Positions 23,403 to 34,625 are shown, counted from the first letter of the stretch. The stretch: DNA of 64,000 bases from Rhodospirillales bacterium (GCA_038143065.1 JAYQLI010000035.1:1312894-1376893), one strand, 5' to 3'. Numbers and translations: made by a program. The notes: generated by a model not told the origin, from the sequence alone.

Positions 23403-24470
23403 TTATTCCTTACCGGCTATAAATGGCCAAAGGTTGTCTGCACCTTCAGCGGCGACCAAGCGGCCAAGTTCCATGGCCCAATAGCTTTCATTTCCAAATT
23501 CATCTCGCCAGGCCCAAATCCGACGAGTAGCATGGTGCAATGAATGCTCGTATGTAAAACCCATTGCGCCATGAGTCTGATGAGCAATCGCTGTACCCAC
23601 CGTAGCCGCTTCTCCAATACGGGTCTTCGCTGCCGCTACTTCTGCCCGAGCTTCCACACCTAATCCACCAGATGCCGCAATTGCCTCTGCAACAGCGTCA
23701 GCAGCAGCTCCTGCCGCCGCTGCTTCACCGGCAAGCTGTGCCAAGCCATGCTGAATTGCTTGGAATTTCGCTATTGGTCGACCAAACTGTGATCTCTCCA
23801 CAGAGTATTGGACTGACTGATCCAAAATTTTCTGCAGTCCTCCAGCTATCTGAACAGCCCGCGTTGCTGCTCCCATCGCAAATAATGCTTGGTCATCAAG
23901 CCCGTAAGGTGCGGGCTCAATATTAACTGGCTTTACTCCATCAAAGGACACCTCGTCCGAAGGCTCCCCAGCAATAGATTGTTTTTGACGAAGAACGCAA
24001 TCTGAGGTCTTAACAAGCGCAACAACCTTACCTGCCTCGCTATCCGCTAAAACTGCAATGTGTTCAGTCACGCGAGCAAAAGGAATATCGCGAACTGTCC
24101 CGGATAGAATGCCGTCTGGTCCCAAAATGATATTTGAATTTATCTTAGTTGGAGCAACAGTCATTGGTCCCGCGGGGTATTGAACTCCAGCATGACCGAG
24201 TAGCCACGATGCCAGCATGGTTTCAGCCAACGGCACAGGCACCGAATGACGACCTGCCTCCCTAAGCAGAGAAAAACCATCAACTACTTCTATTCCAGCA
24301 CCACCTAAGGTTTCATTTCCCCATGCTAATGTAAGTCCGCTTTCTTCAAGCATGGCCCAAAGTTCCGATGGCCAAATTCCAGCTTCAGCCTCGTTTATCA
24401 GACTGGGGGAAACTAAATCACCAAAGATACGCGCAGCAGCGTCTACAATTAAATTCTCATCACTACTCAT
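23403..24470 (-). CDS. Acyl-CoA dehydrogenase, likely beta-type subunit of a heteromeric pair
   Basis: R.QFGRPIAKFQAIQH, HQTHGAMGFT.E; lacks the SEPxxGSD motif. Confidence 0.85.
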   Translation of the reverse strand: MSSDENLIVDAAARIFGDLVSPSLINEAEAGIWPSELWAMLEESGLTLAWGNETLGGAGIEVVDGFSLLREAGRHSVPVPLAETMLASWLLGHAGVQYPAGPMTVAPTKINSNIILGPDGILSGTVRDIPFARVTEHIAVLADSEAGKVVALVKTSDCVLRQKQSIAGEPSDEVSFDGVKPVNIEPAPYGLDDQALFAMGAATRAVQIAGGLQKILDQSVQYSVERSQFGRPIAKFQAIQHGLAQLAGEAAAAGAAADAVAEAIAASGGLGVEARAEVAAAKTRIGEAATVGTAIAHQTHGAMGFTYEHSLHHATRRIWAWRDEFGNESYWAMELGRLVAAEGADNLWPFIAGKE

Positions 24471-24481
24471 GATAAAAATCT

Positions 24482-25644
24482 CTAACGAAGGCCAAGCTGT
24501 CGGGCAACGATACCTCTAAGGACCTCATTGGTTCCTCCCCGAATGGTGGAAGACGGCACCCGCAACAATCCTTCAGAGAGAGTACGTGCGTAGTCATCTG
24601 TCGATTGGCCGATTGCTTCGGTAGGCATCAACTGTCGAACGTCATTAAGCAGCGTTGATTCAAATTTAGTACCTAAATCCTTAACCAATGCCGCTTCTAC
24701 CACAGGAGACTCTCCCCCTTGCAATAGCGCGGATACACCAAGAGACATTCGCCGCATGGCCTTTAAACGAGCAACATTCTTACCGATAGTCTCAGCCTCA
24801 CGAGAGTCCGGAGTGTTTCCGATCCGGCGCATCGCTTCACTTAAAGTAATGGCGGACGACAAGAACCTTTCAGGCCCCGAACGCTCTAAACCAAGCTCGC
24901 TAGTAACCTGATGCCAACCTTCACCTTCCTTGCCTAACAAGCAGTCATCTGACACGAAAGCATCATCAAAGATAGTCTCGTTAAAATGCTCATCACCCGC
25001 CATATTTTTTATGCCACGGATCTGTATTCCAGCACCTTTAAGGTCAATCAAAAACTGCGAAAGACCTTCATGCCTATTTTTCTCATCTCGGGTTCCGCCA
25101 GTTCGGACTGTGGCAATCATATAGTGACAAAAGTGAGCACCCGAAGACCAAATTTTTCTGCCATTAATCTTCCAACCGCCATCAACCTTCGTGGCGGTGG
25201 TGCGTAAACTGGCAAGGTCTGATCCAGAATCTGGCTCACTCATACCAATCGCAAAAAGCACTCTCCAGCAGCAATACGAGGCAAAATTTCTTGCTTTTGC
25301 TGCTCCGTACCATTCTTAAGCAGCATTGGACCAGACTGACGGTCAGCAACCCAATGAGCCGATACTGGAGCGCCCGCAGCTAGGAGTTCCTCTGTTACCA
25401 CATAACGTTCCATACTCGAGCGTTCGTGACCTCCATACTTTTTCGGCCACGTCATACCTAACCATCCTCGTTGCCCAAGCTTACGACTAAACTCGAGATC
25501 AACACCAAATGCCCAGCCATCTGCAACTGGCGTGTAGCCACCAGACGCTCGTTCTGATGCAAGGAAGTCTCTAACCTCTTGCTGAAGAGCTTTCAATTCA
25601 GGAGAAAAATCGATGCGAGGAAAACGAAAACCACCTGCCGCCAT
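24482..25644 (-). CDS. Acyl-CoA dehydrogenase, likely alpha subunit; frameshift near 25256
   Basis: GMTWPKKYGG, IGMSEPDSGSDL, NGRKIWSS, LERSG, TIRGGTNEV. Confidence 0.9.
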
Positions 25645-25713
25645 CAGTAGGTCCTTCTATATAAATTTGGTCTTAGAATATACTTTAGTGCCATGAGGAT
25701 CAGAGGCAAGGAA

Positions 25714-26765
25714 TCAATCCTCAGGACGAAAACCCATAATTCTTTCAAAACGCCTCTGATAAGCAGGCCAAACCTCTGGATTAACTAGTCTTGGAGGCTT
25801 CTTACCTCTTAAAATACCTATCCACTGTTCTGCTGCTCCAACAGACATATTTCTATTAGCTTCAGTGGTAATACCAGCGTGGTGTGGCGTAACCAACACG
25901 TTGTCGAGAGCCATTAGAGGGTGTGAGGGGTCTGTCGGTTCCTTCCAGAAAACATCAACACCCGCACCCAAAATTTCACCATTACTCAATGCTTCAGCAA
26001 GCGCTTCTTCATCTGTAATACCACCACGTGCAGTAGTTACAAAAACTGCATTTGATTTCATTTTTTTAAATTGTTCTGCACCGAACATGTTTAAAGTTTC
26101 TTCTGTTCGTGGACAGTGCACTGAGATGAAGTCACTGGTTAGGAGCAGTTCTTCAAAATCAACCTTGCGCGCACCGCGACTAGAAATCTCGGCCTCGGAC
26201 AAGTAAGGATCGAAGGCTATGACATCCATCCGCAAAGCAAGGCGACAAAGTTCCGCGGTTCGTGTTCCAATTTGTCCAAGCCCAACAATGCCAACCGTTT
26301 TTCTAAAAGTTCTGCGCCGGTGAGCTCCATCCGATCGACATTACTCTCACGTCTCAAACGACGGTCCGCTTGAATCATTTTTTTTGAAACAGCAAGCATC
26401 ATTCCAAGCGCATGCTCAGCCACACTCTCCTTATTCGTTCCTCCCTGATTTACGACTGCAACACCTGCTGCTGTCATTGCGGAAACATCGATATAATCGT
26501 AGCCCGCACCAGTGGAGGACACCGCAACAATATTGGGCGCCCTTGTTAAAAATTCAGAATTTGGGAACCAGGGCTCTTGAAGCTCCGTGCGGGATTGCAC
26601 TTGATAACCATGGGCACGAGCCATTGCCGCATCTAATTCGCCCTTTGGATCAGCGTAATGGAGATGCGAAACTTGCACGTCATCTACCTCATCAAACTTC
26701 GCCAAAGCAGCATCAGTATCCATCCATTCCTCAAAGAAAACGAGCCGGCGAGCATTATCAGCCAT
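25714..26765 (-). CDS. D-isomer-specific 2-hydroxyacid dehydrogenase (SerA-like); frameshift near 26302
   Basis: GAGYD, SVAEHA, GIVGLGQIG, HCP, TARGG, DVF..EP, TPHHAG. Confidence 0.9.
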
Positions 26766-26918
26766 AATAGCTTTGATCCTATCTAATGAGTTTAACGAAC
26801 AGCATATGAGGACTGTTTCATGCGAAGTTAGCGCTAACAAATTTAAGGCTGAAGACCTAAACCTCTAAAAGGCGCTTACAAATATGAGTCTAGCTAATTG
26901 AATTCATTATCGCAGACA

Positions 26919-27364
26919 TCAGCCACCTGCTTTGGGGTTCGCGATCTTTTTAGCCAGCATTTGTTGCTCTTCACAGTTACCACAGATGCGCGTTAAGTCG
27001 GCTAAATGCTGCTTAGCTTTTTCAAGATTCCCTAACTTGATATGGAGCTCTCCAACATATTCGTGAGCTCCCACATGATTAGGGTCAATAGAGAGAGCTT
27101 TATCATAGGCTTTTTTGGCTTCAGCGTATTTTCCAAGCTGACGTAAAGAGTATCCAATGTAGTTGTAAGCATCGGCAGAACGCGAGTTAGATTCCAAATA
27201 TGTTTTTGCCTTGGCAATTGCCCGATCATACTTCCCCCGATCGACATATCTTTTAACATCACCAATCGAGACGCTAGTATCGCTACCCCCCCAGCTGCAG
27301 TGGCGGTATTACCGCAGAATGGAATCAACAAAGCGAAGACCAGTGCTATCACTTTTCTTTGCAT
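26919..27364 (-). CDS. Secreted tetratricopeptide-repeat protein; frameshift near 27288
   Basis: Signal peptide; ADAYNYIGY, ALSIDPNHVGAHEYVGE, C-x-x-C-EE. Confidence 0.8.
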
Positions 27365-27492
27365 CTTAGTTCTCCCTTAGCCTCTGATAGCGATGTGCTG
27401 CTAATGACAAAATTTAACAAGAATGTAAGTTTATGGCACGAAAATTTGTGAAAAAGCCACCATTGATAAGTAAGATTTGACGGCCAAGTAGG

Positions 27493-28653
27493 CTAGATAT
27501 CCTTCAACATTGCGCGAGCAATGTTAGCTTGCTGCACTTGGCTTGTACCTTCAAAAATTCGAAAAAGTCTCACATCACGGTATAAACGTGGAATAGATGA
27601 CATATCTTCCATGTATCCCATTCCTCCCAAAATCTGCACCGCTCGATCTGCGATACGGGAGACCGTTTCACTTGCAAACAGCTTTGCAGAAGCAATGTCA
27701 ACGTGAGGAATTGGCCCTCCCAAATCAAAGGCCTTAGCACAATCAATACATAAAGCCCGGGCGGCTGCCATCTCCGCCTGACTGTCTGCTAATAGTGCCT
27801 GAATTTGACCAAAATCGCCCACTGGACGATCAAATTGTATCCGACGCGCCGCATAATTCGTCATTTCTTCTATCAATCGAATTGCTTGTCCAACACAAGT
27901 AGCTGCCACGTGCAGTCGTGCATGGTTAATTCCACGAAGCGCTGCCTTTAAGCCCGCGCCTTCCTTCCCACCCACTAGCGCGCCTTCGGATACTCGCACA
28001 TTTTCAAACCATACGTAGCAGACATGACTTCCTTCATTTCCAAGCATACGTGGTGGCTCACCAACTGATACCCCGGGTAATGAAGCATCCACAAGGAACG
28101 CCGAGATGCCGTTTGCCGACTTATCATTAGGATTAGTCCGAGCCATCGTTAGAAATACATCTGCTTGAGGAGCATTCGTGATGTAACGTTTCTCCCCATT
28201 GATTACCCAAATATCACCATCACGCTCTGCTTGAGTTTTCAGAGAAGCTGCATCTGAACCTGCTTCTGGCTCAGTCAAAGCAAACGAGCCCGTGCACTCA
28301 CCTGTCGCCATCTTTGGGAGATAGAAGTCCTTTTGAGAGGATGTTCCAAAATCTAAAATAGCTTGGGAGGTTAACCCAATTGTTGTTGAAAAACGTGAGC
28401 GGTAAACGCAGGATGCTTGGCAAAACTCAAACGTGAGGCGGATTTGCTCCTCCATGGAGCACCCCAAGCCTCCATATTCCTCTGGAATTGAGATTCCAAA
28501 AAGACCAATCTCTTTAAGCGCTTCCGTCAAATCCTCGGGTATCCCACCCTCCCGCGTAAGACGGTGCTCATTTGGCCGAAGCACATCCTGAGATAACTCG
28601 CGAACAGCAGTAAGATAGTCCTCAAAATTTCTAAACTGCACCGAAGCGCGCAT
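27493..28653 (-). CDS. Acyl-CoA dehydrogenase
   Basis: FALTEPEAGSD, NGEKRYITN, QILGGMGY, RIFEGTSQ. Confidence 0.93.
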   Translation of the reverse strand: MRASVQFRNFEDYLTAVRELSQDVLRPNEHRLTREGGIPEDLTEALKEIGLFGISIPEEYGGLGCSMEEQIRLTFEFCQASCVYRSRFSTTIGLTSQAILDFGTSSQKDFYLPKMATGECTGSFALTEPEAGSDAASLKTQAERDGDIWVINGEKRYITNAPQADVFLTMARTNPNDKSANGISAFLVDASLPGVSVGEPPRMLGNEGSHVCYVWFENVRVSEGALVGGKEGAGLKAALRGINHARLHVAATCVGQAIRLIEEMTNYAARRIQFDRPVGDFGQIQALLADSQAEMAAARALCIDCAKAFDLGGPIPHVDIASAKLFASETVSRIADRAVQILGGMGYMEDMSSIPRLYRDVRLFRIFEGTSQVQQANIARAMLKDI

Positions 28654-29469
28654 TCAACTTTCCTCAAACTTCACATGGGTAATAGATGCTCTGCAGCGCG
28701 GTTTATCATCATCGCCTATGAGGGCCATTGATCTCGGACCTGCTGCATCTTTTGGAGAGGCTACAAAACGAAGTCGTTCATCCCAAAACATGGGGCGGTG
28801 AAAAGAAATTTCTCCCTGCAGCTCCACGATCCCACCCTGACCCGCCTCATCGACCAAACCTCCAAGCATAATGTGCGATGCCATTAAACCACCTGCGATG
28901 GGTGCTTTAAAACCAAACCTTTTTGCAGTGTCAGGATCAGAATGAATTAAGTTTTCAGCCTCATCAGAGAAGGCAGCTACTTTCTCAGGCTCTAGAATCG
29001 TCTCATTGACCAAATACATAGAGCTAATATTTAGTGACGGGGTGGATACCCTCGGAGCATCTAAATGAGGCTCGCCAGGATTGAGGCTCGATCGACTTGC
29101 TCTCAGGGGGACCGTGCCGTTTTCTAACGAGAATTTAAAATCCGCCCAAACTCTTTGACCTCGAGGATGTGGGTCAATTTTTGTAACTTCCCCAGCCATG
29201 TTGATTGGAAGCCCCTGAGGTATAGCCGAACTCAAAAAATAAGCCTGAGACATATGAACATTGCCGTTTATTGATCTACCAGTCCAGCGCTGCGCCATTA
29301 TAGTATAGAAAGCAAAAAAACTGGGGTCAGTGCACTTACCCCAGATCGCTGGATCAACTCCACAACATTCCAACTTCCTAGCTTGGTACCCGCTTTCAAC
29401 CACAACCTCCCTACTTGGGAAGCGAAATCCGACAGGAGGTGGTTTCGACGTAGAGTCGCCCTGGGCCAT
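28654..29469 (-). CDS. Double hot-dog (MaoC-like) dehydratase family protein
   Basis: NLIHSD...AKRFGFKAPIAGG hydratase-2-like motif, F.RPMFW; N-terminal half with GNVH. Confidence 0.65.
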   Translation of the reverse strand: MAQGDSTSKPPPVGFRFPSREVVVESGYQARKLECCGVDPAIWGKCTDPSFFAFYTIMAQRWTGRSINGNVHMSQAYFLSSAIPQGLPINMAGEVTKIDPHPRGQRVWADFKFSLENGTVPLRASRSSLNPGEPHLDAPRVSTPSLNISSMYLVNETILEPEKVAAFSDEAENLIHSDPDTAKRFGFKAPIAGGLMASHIMLGGLVDEAGQGGIVELQGEISFHRPMFWDERLRFVASPKDAAGPRSMALIGDDDKPRCRASITHVKFEES

Positions 29470-29472
29470 GAG

Positions 29473-30294
29473 CTAAGAGCTGCTAACGCTATCAAGAAAG
29501 TCTTTTAACGCTTGGTTAAAGCCAGCCGGATCCTCTATGTTCGAGAGGTGTCGTGCAATGGGCAAAACCACCAATTTTGCGCCTGGAATTCCTTTTGCCA
29601 TTATCTCCGACATTTCAACGGGTGTCCCAGGGTCATCTTCACCAACTATAACTAATGTTGGAGCTGAAATTTCCCCAAGCCGAGGGGTTATGTTCAGTCG
29701 TGAAATAGCAGACCCACAGCCACAATATCCCTCAACAGGGGTTGAGACGATCATCTGGCTTATTCTATCGATAATCTCGGGCTCTGCTTTCACAAAACCT
29801 GGAGAGAACCAACGTTCAATGGTCCCACTTAAGCCGGCGGACATCCCATTTTTTCTAGCAGCACTAATGCGCTCCTCCCAACCTGCAACGGCCTCGGCTG
29901 GATAACCTGAGGAGGTATCCGCTAGAGTCAGAGACTTCAATCGCTCTGGTGCTTTTAGGGCCACTGTCTGACCAATCATGCCACCCATTGAGAGACCAAC
30001 CCAATGAACGCTCATCAGCTTCAGAACATCCATTAAACCAATCGCATCATCTGCCAACATTTCAAGTGTGTAGGGACCTACCGGCGCACTGGAGCCACCA
30101 TGACCACGAGTATCAAACCGGATTATCCTATAATCATCTTTAAGGGCGTCTATTTGTGGGTCCCACATGCCTAACTCTGCACTCAAAGAATGGCTCATCA
30201 TTACAACAGGAGCGTTGTTCGGACCTTCATCGGAAAATCTTATATCAATTCCATTGACTTTAACGGTTTTAGTTGTGGTCATTTTACTTCTCAT
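29473..30294 (-). CDS. pcaD: 3-oxoadipate enol-lactonase-like alpha/beta hydrolase
   Basis: SHSL..MWDPQ, DTRGHG.S, GLSMGG, RWFS, HLSNIE. Confidence 0.8.
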   Translation of the reverse strand: MRSKMTTTKTVKVNGIDIRFSDEGPNNAPVVMMSHSLSAELGMWDPQIDALKDDYRIIRFDTRGHGGSSAPVGPYTLEMLADDAIGLMDVLKLMSVHWVGLSMGGMIGQTVALKAPERLKSLTLADTSSGYPAEAVAGWEERISAARKNGMSAGLSGTIERWFSPGFVKAEPEIIDRISQMIVSTPVEGYCGCGSAISRLNITPRLGEISAPTLVIVGEDDPGTPVEMSEIMAKGIPGAKLVVLPIARHLSNIEDPAGFNQALKDFLDSVSSS

Positions 30295-30319
30295 AAGAAA
30301 GTTCAGATGTGACTATACT

Positions 30320-30739
30320 CTAATGCAGAACTTGATCTGATGCACTGGATGAGGTGGACCTAGGGCGCAACGGAGTCGGACCAGCATGATGATGAACGAT
30401 GCGCCACCCTCCATCCTCCCTGGTGAATATATTTGTTGCAAGCAGAATAGAACCTGAGCTTCCCCCTAGTTGCTCATAACAGGTCACGTATGCAGTTTGG
30501 TCCAGCAAATGCGGCTGTGGCTCAATACATATTATTTGAGGGCGTTCTTTGGCACTTAAAATGCTTTCCCAACTTTCAAGCACAACATCCCGGCCAACCA
30601 AAAGTGGGGCGCCAGGATGGGCGCAAGCAACTGGAGCATTTCGTGCCCAAATACTCTCCATCTTTTGTAGATCACCTGTCGAGAAAGCATCATAGAAAGC
30701 CTGATTTATAGCAAGAACATCTGTTCGATCAGCGCTCAT
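30320..30739 (-). CDS. SnoaL/NTF2-like protein
   Basis: N.AFY.AF, C.HPG, ATNIF....GWRIVHHH. Confidence 0.85.
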   Translation of the reverse strand: MSADRTDVLAINQAFYDAFSTGDLQKMESIWARNAPVACAHPGAPLLVGRDVVLESWESILSAKERPQIICIEPQPHLLDQTAYVTCYEQLGGSSGSILLATNIFTREDGGWRIVHHHAGPTPLRPRSTSSSASDQVLH

Positions 30740-31919
30740 TTCCTCTCTCCTTATTTATTTTTACCTTTGCTCTTTTCAGCAATTCTTCCCGACTTAACGA
30801 AAAATCACTATCGATCCAGGCCCCTTCCAAGTCACTAAGCAGAGAGTTAACAGAAGGACCGGGCGATAGACCGAGATCAATCAGATCACGGCCTCGAAGA
30901 GAAAAAACTGGTGACTTCCAGTTAGCTGCAAGTTCCAACATTGAGTTTAATTTCGCTTCGTCATTATGAAGATTTTGCAAATAAGCGCGCTTTATAAAAA
31001 TGTCGTGACCTTGTCGATATATGGACTTTCGCCAATCAGCTACAGTCATTCCTGAGCCCATCCAAGGAGGGTTCAACGCCGATAAAATAATCCTTTCCCT
31101 TTTTGATAATCGAAGTTTATCGCCGATATTGGTATCACCAGAAACTAGAGCAGCCAGTCTCAAGATTGGATCAGCAGGTAAAAAATGTATCTCAACAATA
31201 TTATCTGGTGTGCGTCCAAACAGGATTTCGAAAACACAAACACTCTTCATGGCGCCTAAAGTTTCACTAACCTGAGAAGCCATGAGCAAACGGAACAGTT
31301 CAGCTCGGACCCGCTCTACTGAGACATTGGAGAGCCCCTCAATTCCAACTGCTATCGCCTCGATGGTACTAGGCTCTGGTCTACCTTTTCCATACCAGGC
31401 GTGAAACCTAAAAAACCGAAGAATGCGGAGATAATCCTCTCGTATACGTTCTCTCGCCTCTCCAACAAAACGAACAATCCCTGCACTTAGATCTTCTTTC
31501 CCGCCAAAATAATCATACATATTTCCGGAAAAATCAGAGAACATAGCATTTATAGTAAAGTCGCGTCTGGCAGCATCCTCACGCCAGTCATCAGTAAAAG
31601 CCACCTTCGCATGCCGACCATCAGTCTCAACATCACGCCTTAGGGTAGTAACCTCATAAGGCTTACCATCCACAATAACCGTAACCGTGCCATGTTCGAT
31701 ACCAGTCGGCTTTGAGGTTAGCCCTGCACTCTTAGCAAGACGAATAATTTCCTCTGGATACAGAGTTGTAGCTAGATCAATGTCTGAACAAGGAAGACCT
31801 AATATCGAGTCGCGGACAACTCCACCCACAAATCGTGTCTCGCCATCACCAGCCGACAACGCTTGAATAAGACGCTGGGTCTTCGCATCATTCAGGGCGG
31901 ACTGGCTACCAAGTTTCAC
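30729..31919 (-). CDS. cca: CCA-adding tRNA nucleotidyltransferase
   Basis: VGGVVRD, DIDLAT, RRDVETDGRHA, DAARRDFTINA, EDYLRILRFFRF. Confidence 0.93.
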   Translation of the reverse strand: MKLGSQSALNDAKTQRLIQALSAGDGETRFVGGVVRDSILGLPCSDIDLATTLYPEEIIRLAKSAGLTSKPTGIEHGTVTVIVDGKPYEVTTLRRDVETDGRHAKVAFTDDWREDAARRDFTINAMFSDFSGNMYDYFGGKEDLSAGIVRFVGEARERIREDYLRILRFFRFHAWYGKGRPEPSTIEAIAVGIEGLSNVSVERVRAELFRLLMASQVSETLGAMKSVCVFEILFGRTPDNIVEIHFLPADPILRLAALVSGDTNIGDKLRLSKRERIILSALNPPWMGSGMTVADWRKSIYRQGHDIFIKRAYLQNLHNDEAKLNSMLELAANWKSPVFSLRGRDLIDLGLSPGPSVNSLLSDLEGAWIDSDFSLSREELLKRAKVKINKERGNER

Positions 31920-32191
31920 TTTTTTTCGTCTTTTTCAATGAACTTTCCAGAGGTAATCCTACCATCTTTAAACTGGGAAGGTACGTATTTTGCAGTTGGC
32001 GTTCCGCCCGAAGTTAGGCCCCAAACAATCAAACCAACTGCCGCCAGGCCAATACCAACACCTACTAACCATACCCACGGAGCATCCTTAGCAGCAATAC
32101 GAACTGGGGATCCTGACCTGGTCTTGAAGTATAGATAGAGCAGCGAGGGAGCGAGCAAAGGAATAAGAATTGAAAGTACCTGTCGCATCAA
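31916..32191 (-). CDS. Small membrane protein (DUF6111-like)
   Basis: Two hydrophobic segments and YVP...DG.I..G; lies between the CoA pyrophosphatase and cca genes. Confidence 0.65.
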   Translation of the reverse strand: MMRQVLSILIPLLAPSLLYLYFKTRSGSPVRIAAKDAPWVWLVGVGIGLAAVGLIVWGLTSGGTPTAKYVPSQFKDGRITSGKFIEKDEKK

Positions 32192-32832
32192 TTCTCACCT
32201 TGACCTTCGAGCATATCTACAAAGTTTATCAACATCCCCGCGGTAGCTCCCCAAATACGGCGGTTTTGATAAGGAATTACGTAGAACCATCTTTGAATGC
32301 CTTCTCTTACTGCCGTTTCCTTAATATGATTTGTACGATCCAAAATAAAAGAGAGGGGTGCTTCGAAGACGTCCTCTACTTCAAACTTGTCTAAATCTAA
32401 GTTGAATGGAGGTTCAATCCAGCCCACGACGGGCGTCACGCCATATGCTGTTGATGTCTCATACATTGACAGACGGCCAAGCAATTTAACGCGCTCTGGA
32501 TCTAAGCCAATCTCCTCCTGTGTTTCACGGAGCGCTGTCGCCACGCGATGTGGGTCATTAGGCTCCACACCGCCACCAGGGAAGCTTATCTGACCTGCAT
32601 GTTTTTTCAGATGTGCTGTACGCTGGGTCAGCAAAATTGTTGGACCTTCCGGTCGATTAATGATTGGCACAAGGACCGCAGCAGGTTTTAAAGACCTATC
32701 TGTTGTTCCCCTGAGCCGGGTACCATCCGGCCGAAGGTCAAAGTCGCTCCGCAATGGCTCTTCAGCAAGGCCGCCCATCTGCAAAGCATCATCCAGTGGC
32801 TTAATCCTAGACTGAATTATTTCAGGCGTCAT
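32188..32832 (-). CDS. nudL: CoA pyrophosphatase (Nudix, NudL-like)
   Basis: AAVLVP, LLTQR..HL..HAGQISFPGG, TALRETQEEIGL, IWGATA. Confidence 0.9.
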   Translation of the reverse strand: MTPEIIQSRIKPLDDALQMGGLAEEPLRSDFDLRPDGTRLRGTTDRSLKPAAVLVPIINRPEGPTILLTQRTAHLKKHAGQISFPGGGVEPNDPHRVATALRETQEEIGLDPERVKLLGRLSMYETSTAYGVTPVVGWIEPPFNLDLDKFEVEDVFEAPLSFILDRTNHIKETAVREGIQRWFYVIPYQNRRIWGATAGMLINFVDMLEGQGEN

Positions 32833-33378
32833 TCGTCTTCCTCGACCTGGCCAACTCTGTGAAAATGGCCATTACTCCAAACGCCCAATGCCCCAGCATC
32901 AGAATCTTCGATGGATAAATCCACGAGCTCGTAAAAAACGGACCTTAGCAAACGCGCCTCCAGGCCGTCACGAACATGAATGTATGGCCGCGGCTCACCC
33001 GTTTCGGAATCAACAGAAATTCGAAGGGAGTGGGTTAAATCAAGAGACACCCAATCATCTATATTGGTTCGGAAAAGAACACTTTGGTTTTTTCCTTCCC
33101 CCTGAGTTTGCATTTCCACCGCAACAAACGGTGAGTCATCAACATCAATTCGACCTCGCTCGGCCGGAGTTTCTAGCCAGAATGTTCCGTCGATATTTCG
33201 CTTTAGAACTGTACTAAACAGCTTAACGAGCTCTATGCGAGTAAACCTCGTCCCTGCGTGATACCAAGTTCCGTCGGAATCAATTTTTTATTCCATAATG
33301 CCCCATTTCCACCGGCGTACGGACTTTCGAGGATTTTATTGAAGCCTCAAGTGCATCTAATTTTTTATCATCGCTCAT
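32829..33378 (-). CDS. DUF1285 family protein; one extra A near 33286
   Basis: Removing one A gives IKIDSDGTWYH...LVKLFSTVL...LETPAE..I.VDDSPF..FRTN.DD..PY..VR.GLEA. Confidence 0.8.
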
Positions 33379-33740
33379 ATTAATCACAGACTGCCATAAT
33401 GACTAAACGATCCCCAAGCCACAGGATGCTTAGGTGTTGAACTCATATCAGCCCAACATGACCTCTATATTCTTAATTATATGTACCTTTTCTCAAGAAA
33501 CGAACTGATCACTTTCCTGAAAATGAAAAGTGATTTCGGGCAATCAACAAGACTTGTTTAGAAAAATAAAAATAAGCTTACCCTACAATGCTATTTACTG
33601 AAATTTTATCTAATTTTTCTACATGGGTGGATCTATTCCAGTTCACGAAATCATATTCGTGTTAGACCTCCCAAAGATTTTCAGCATAATATTTTGTCAC
33701 TACACGATTTTATCTTTTCGCTGGTTAAGTTCCCAATCTC

Positions 33741-34619
33741 ATGAGCTTTTTAGATCATATTCGTAGTTGTAACTCTTATGACCTCAGGAGTTTCTTGCCA
33801 TTTTACATAGAAGGACAACGTGTCGGATATGTGAGACCAGAAGTATTAGAGGTTTTATTAAGGTCAACCGGTTTCATAAGAACTGCTGATGGCATTATCA
33901 TCGACACGAAATACAAGACATTCGAAGATCGCTCCTTTCTATTTGATGAGGCCGCTGAAGGACTTGTAAAAGCTGGTTTAGCGAATATGGCTGGAGATGA
34001 GCTTTACGCTCTAAAAAACTCCTGGGAGCAACCAACTTTGGCAGCATTTAACCGAGGAATAGCTGGGGCTCTAGGAGTGCGCTCTTATGGTGTACATGTT
34101 AACGGGTACAAAAAGCAGATTAACGGAGATTTGGCACTCTGGACGGGCGTAAGAGCAATTGAAAAAGCAGTTGCGCCGGGCAAACTCGACAACATGGTGG
34201 CAGGCGGACAACCCATAGGACTAAGTCTTATGGAAAATCTAATTAAAGAAGCATTTGAAGAAGCTAATGTGCACAAATCACTAGCACGCTCCGCCAAACC
34301 AGTTAGCTGCATCTCCTATATTATGGAGGATGTTAGCGGCCTGAAACCGGACGTAATGTTTTGCTACGACCTCGAATTACCAGACGACTTCGTTCCTTCG
34401 AACACGGACGGCGAAGTTTCTGAATTTATCTTATTGTCTGCAGATGAAGCGGTGAGAATAGTAGACGAAACTGACGATTACAAATTTAATGTTAATCTAG
34501 TGGTAACAGACTTTGCGGTTCGGCATGGACTTCTAGACCCTGACAACACGCCAGATTATGAGGCCATTGTTGTAGGATTGCGGGGAAGTTCAAATGAGAA
34601 ATCTTCAGTTCTTGTTTAA
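33741..34619 (+). CDS. DUF4743/Nudix hydrolase (thiamine pyrophosphokinase-related)
   Basis: G.RSYGVHVNGY, PGKLDNMVAGG, KEAFEEA, YDLELP.DF.P.N.DGEV, KFNV.LV..DF. Confidence 0.85.
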   Translation: MSFLDHIRSCNSYDLRSFLPFYIEGQRVGYVRPEVLEVLLRSTGFIRTADGIIIDTKYKTFEDRSFLFDEAAEGLVKAGLANMAGDELYALKNSWEQPTLAAFNRGIAGALGVRSYGVHVNGYKKQINGDLALWTGVRAIEKAVAPGKLDNMVAGGQPIGLSLMENLIKEAFEEANVHKSLARSAKPVSCISYIMEDVSGLKPDVMFCYDLELPDDFVPSNTDGEVSEFILLSADEAVRIVDETDDYKFNVNLVVTDFAVRHGLLDPDNTPDYEAIVVGLRGSSNEKSSVLV

Positions 34620-34625
34620 GCTTCC

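Noticed and set aside
33379-33740. AT-rich 360-nt gap as a foreign insertion or ncRNA
   Set aside because: Lies between divergent genes; only short weak inverted repeats, no ORF, tRNA or terminal repeats
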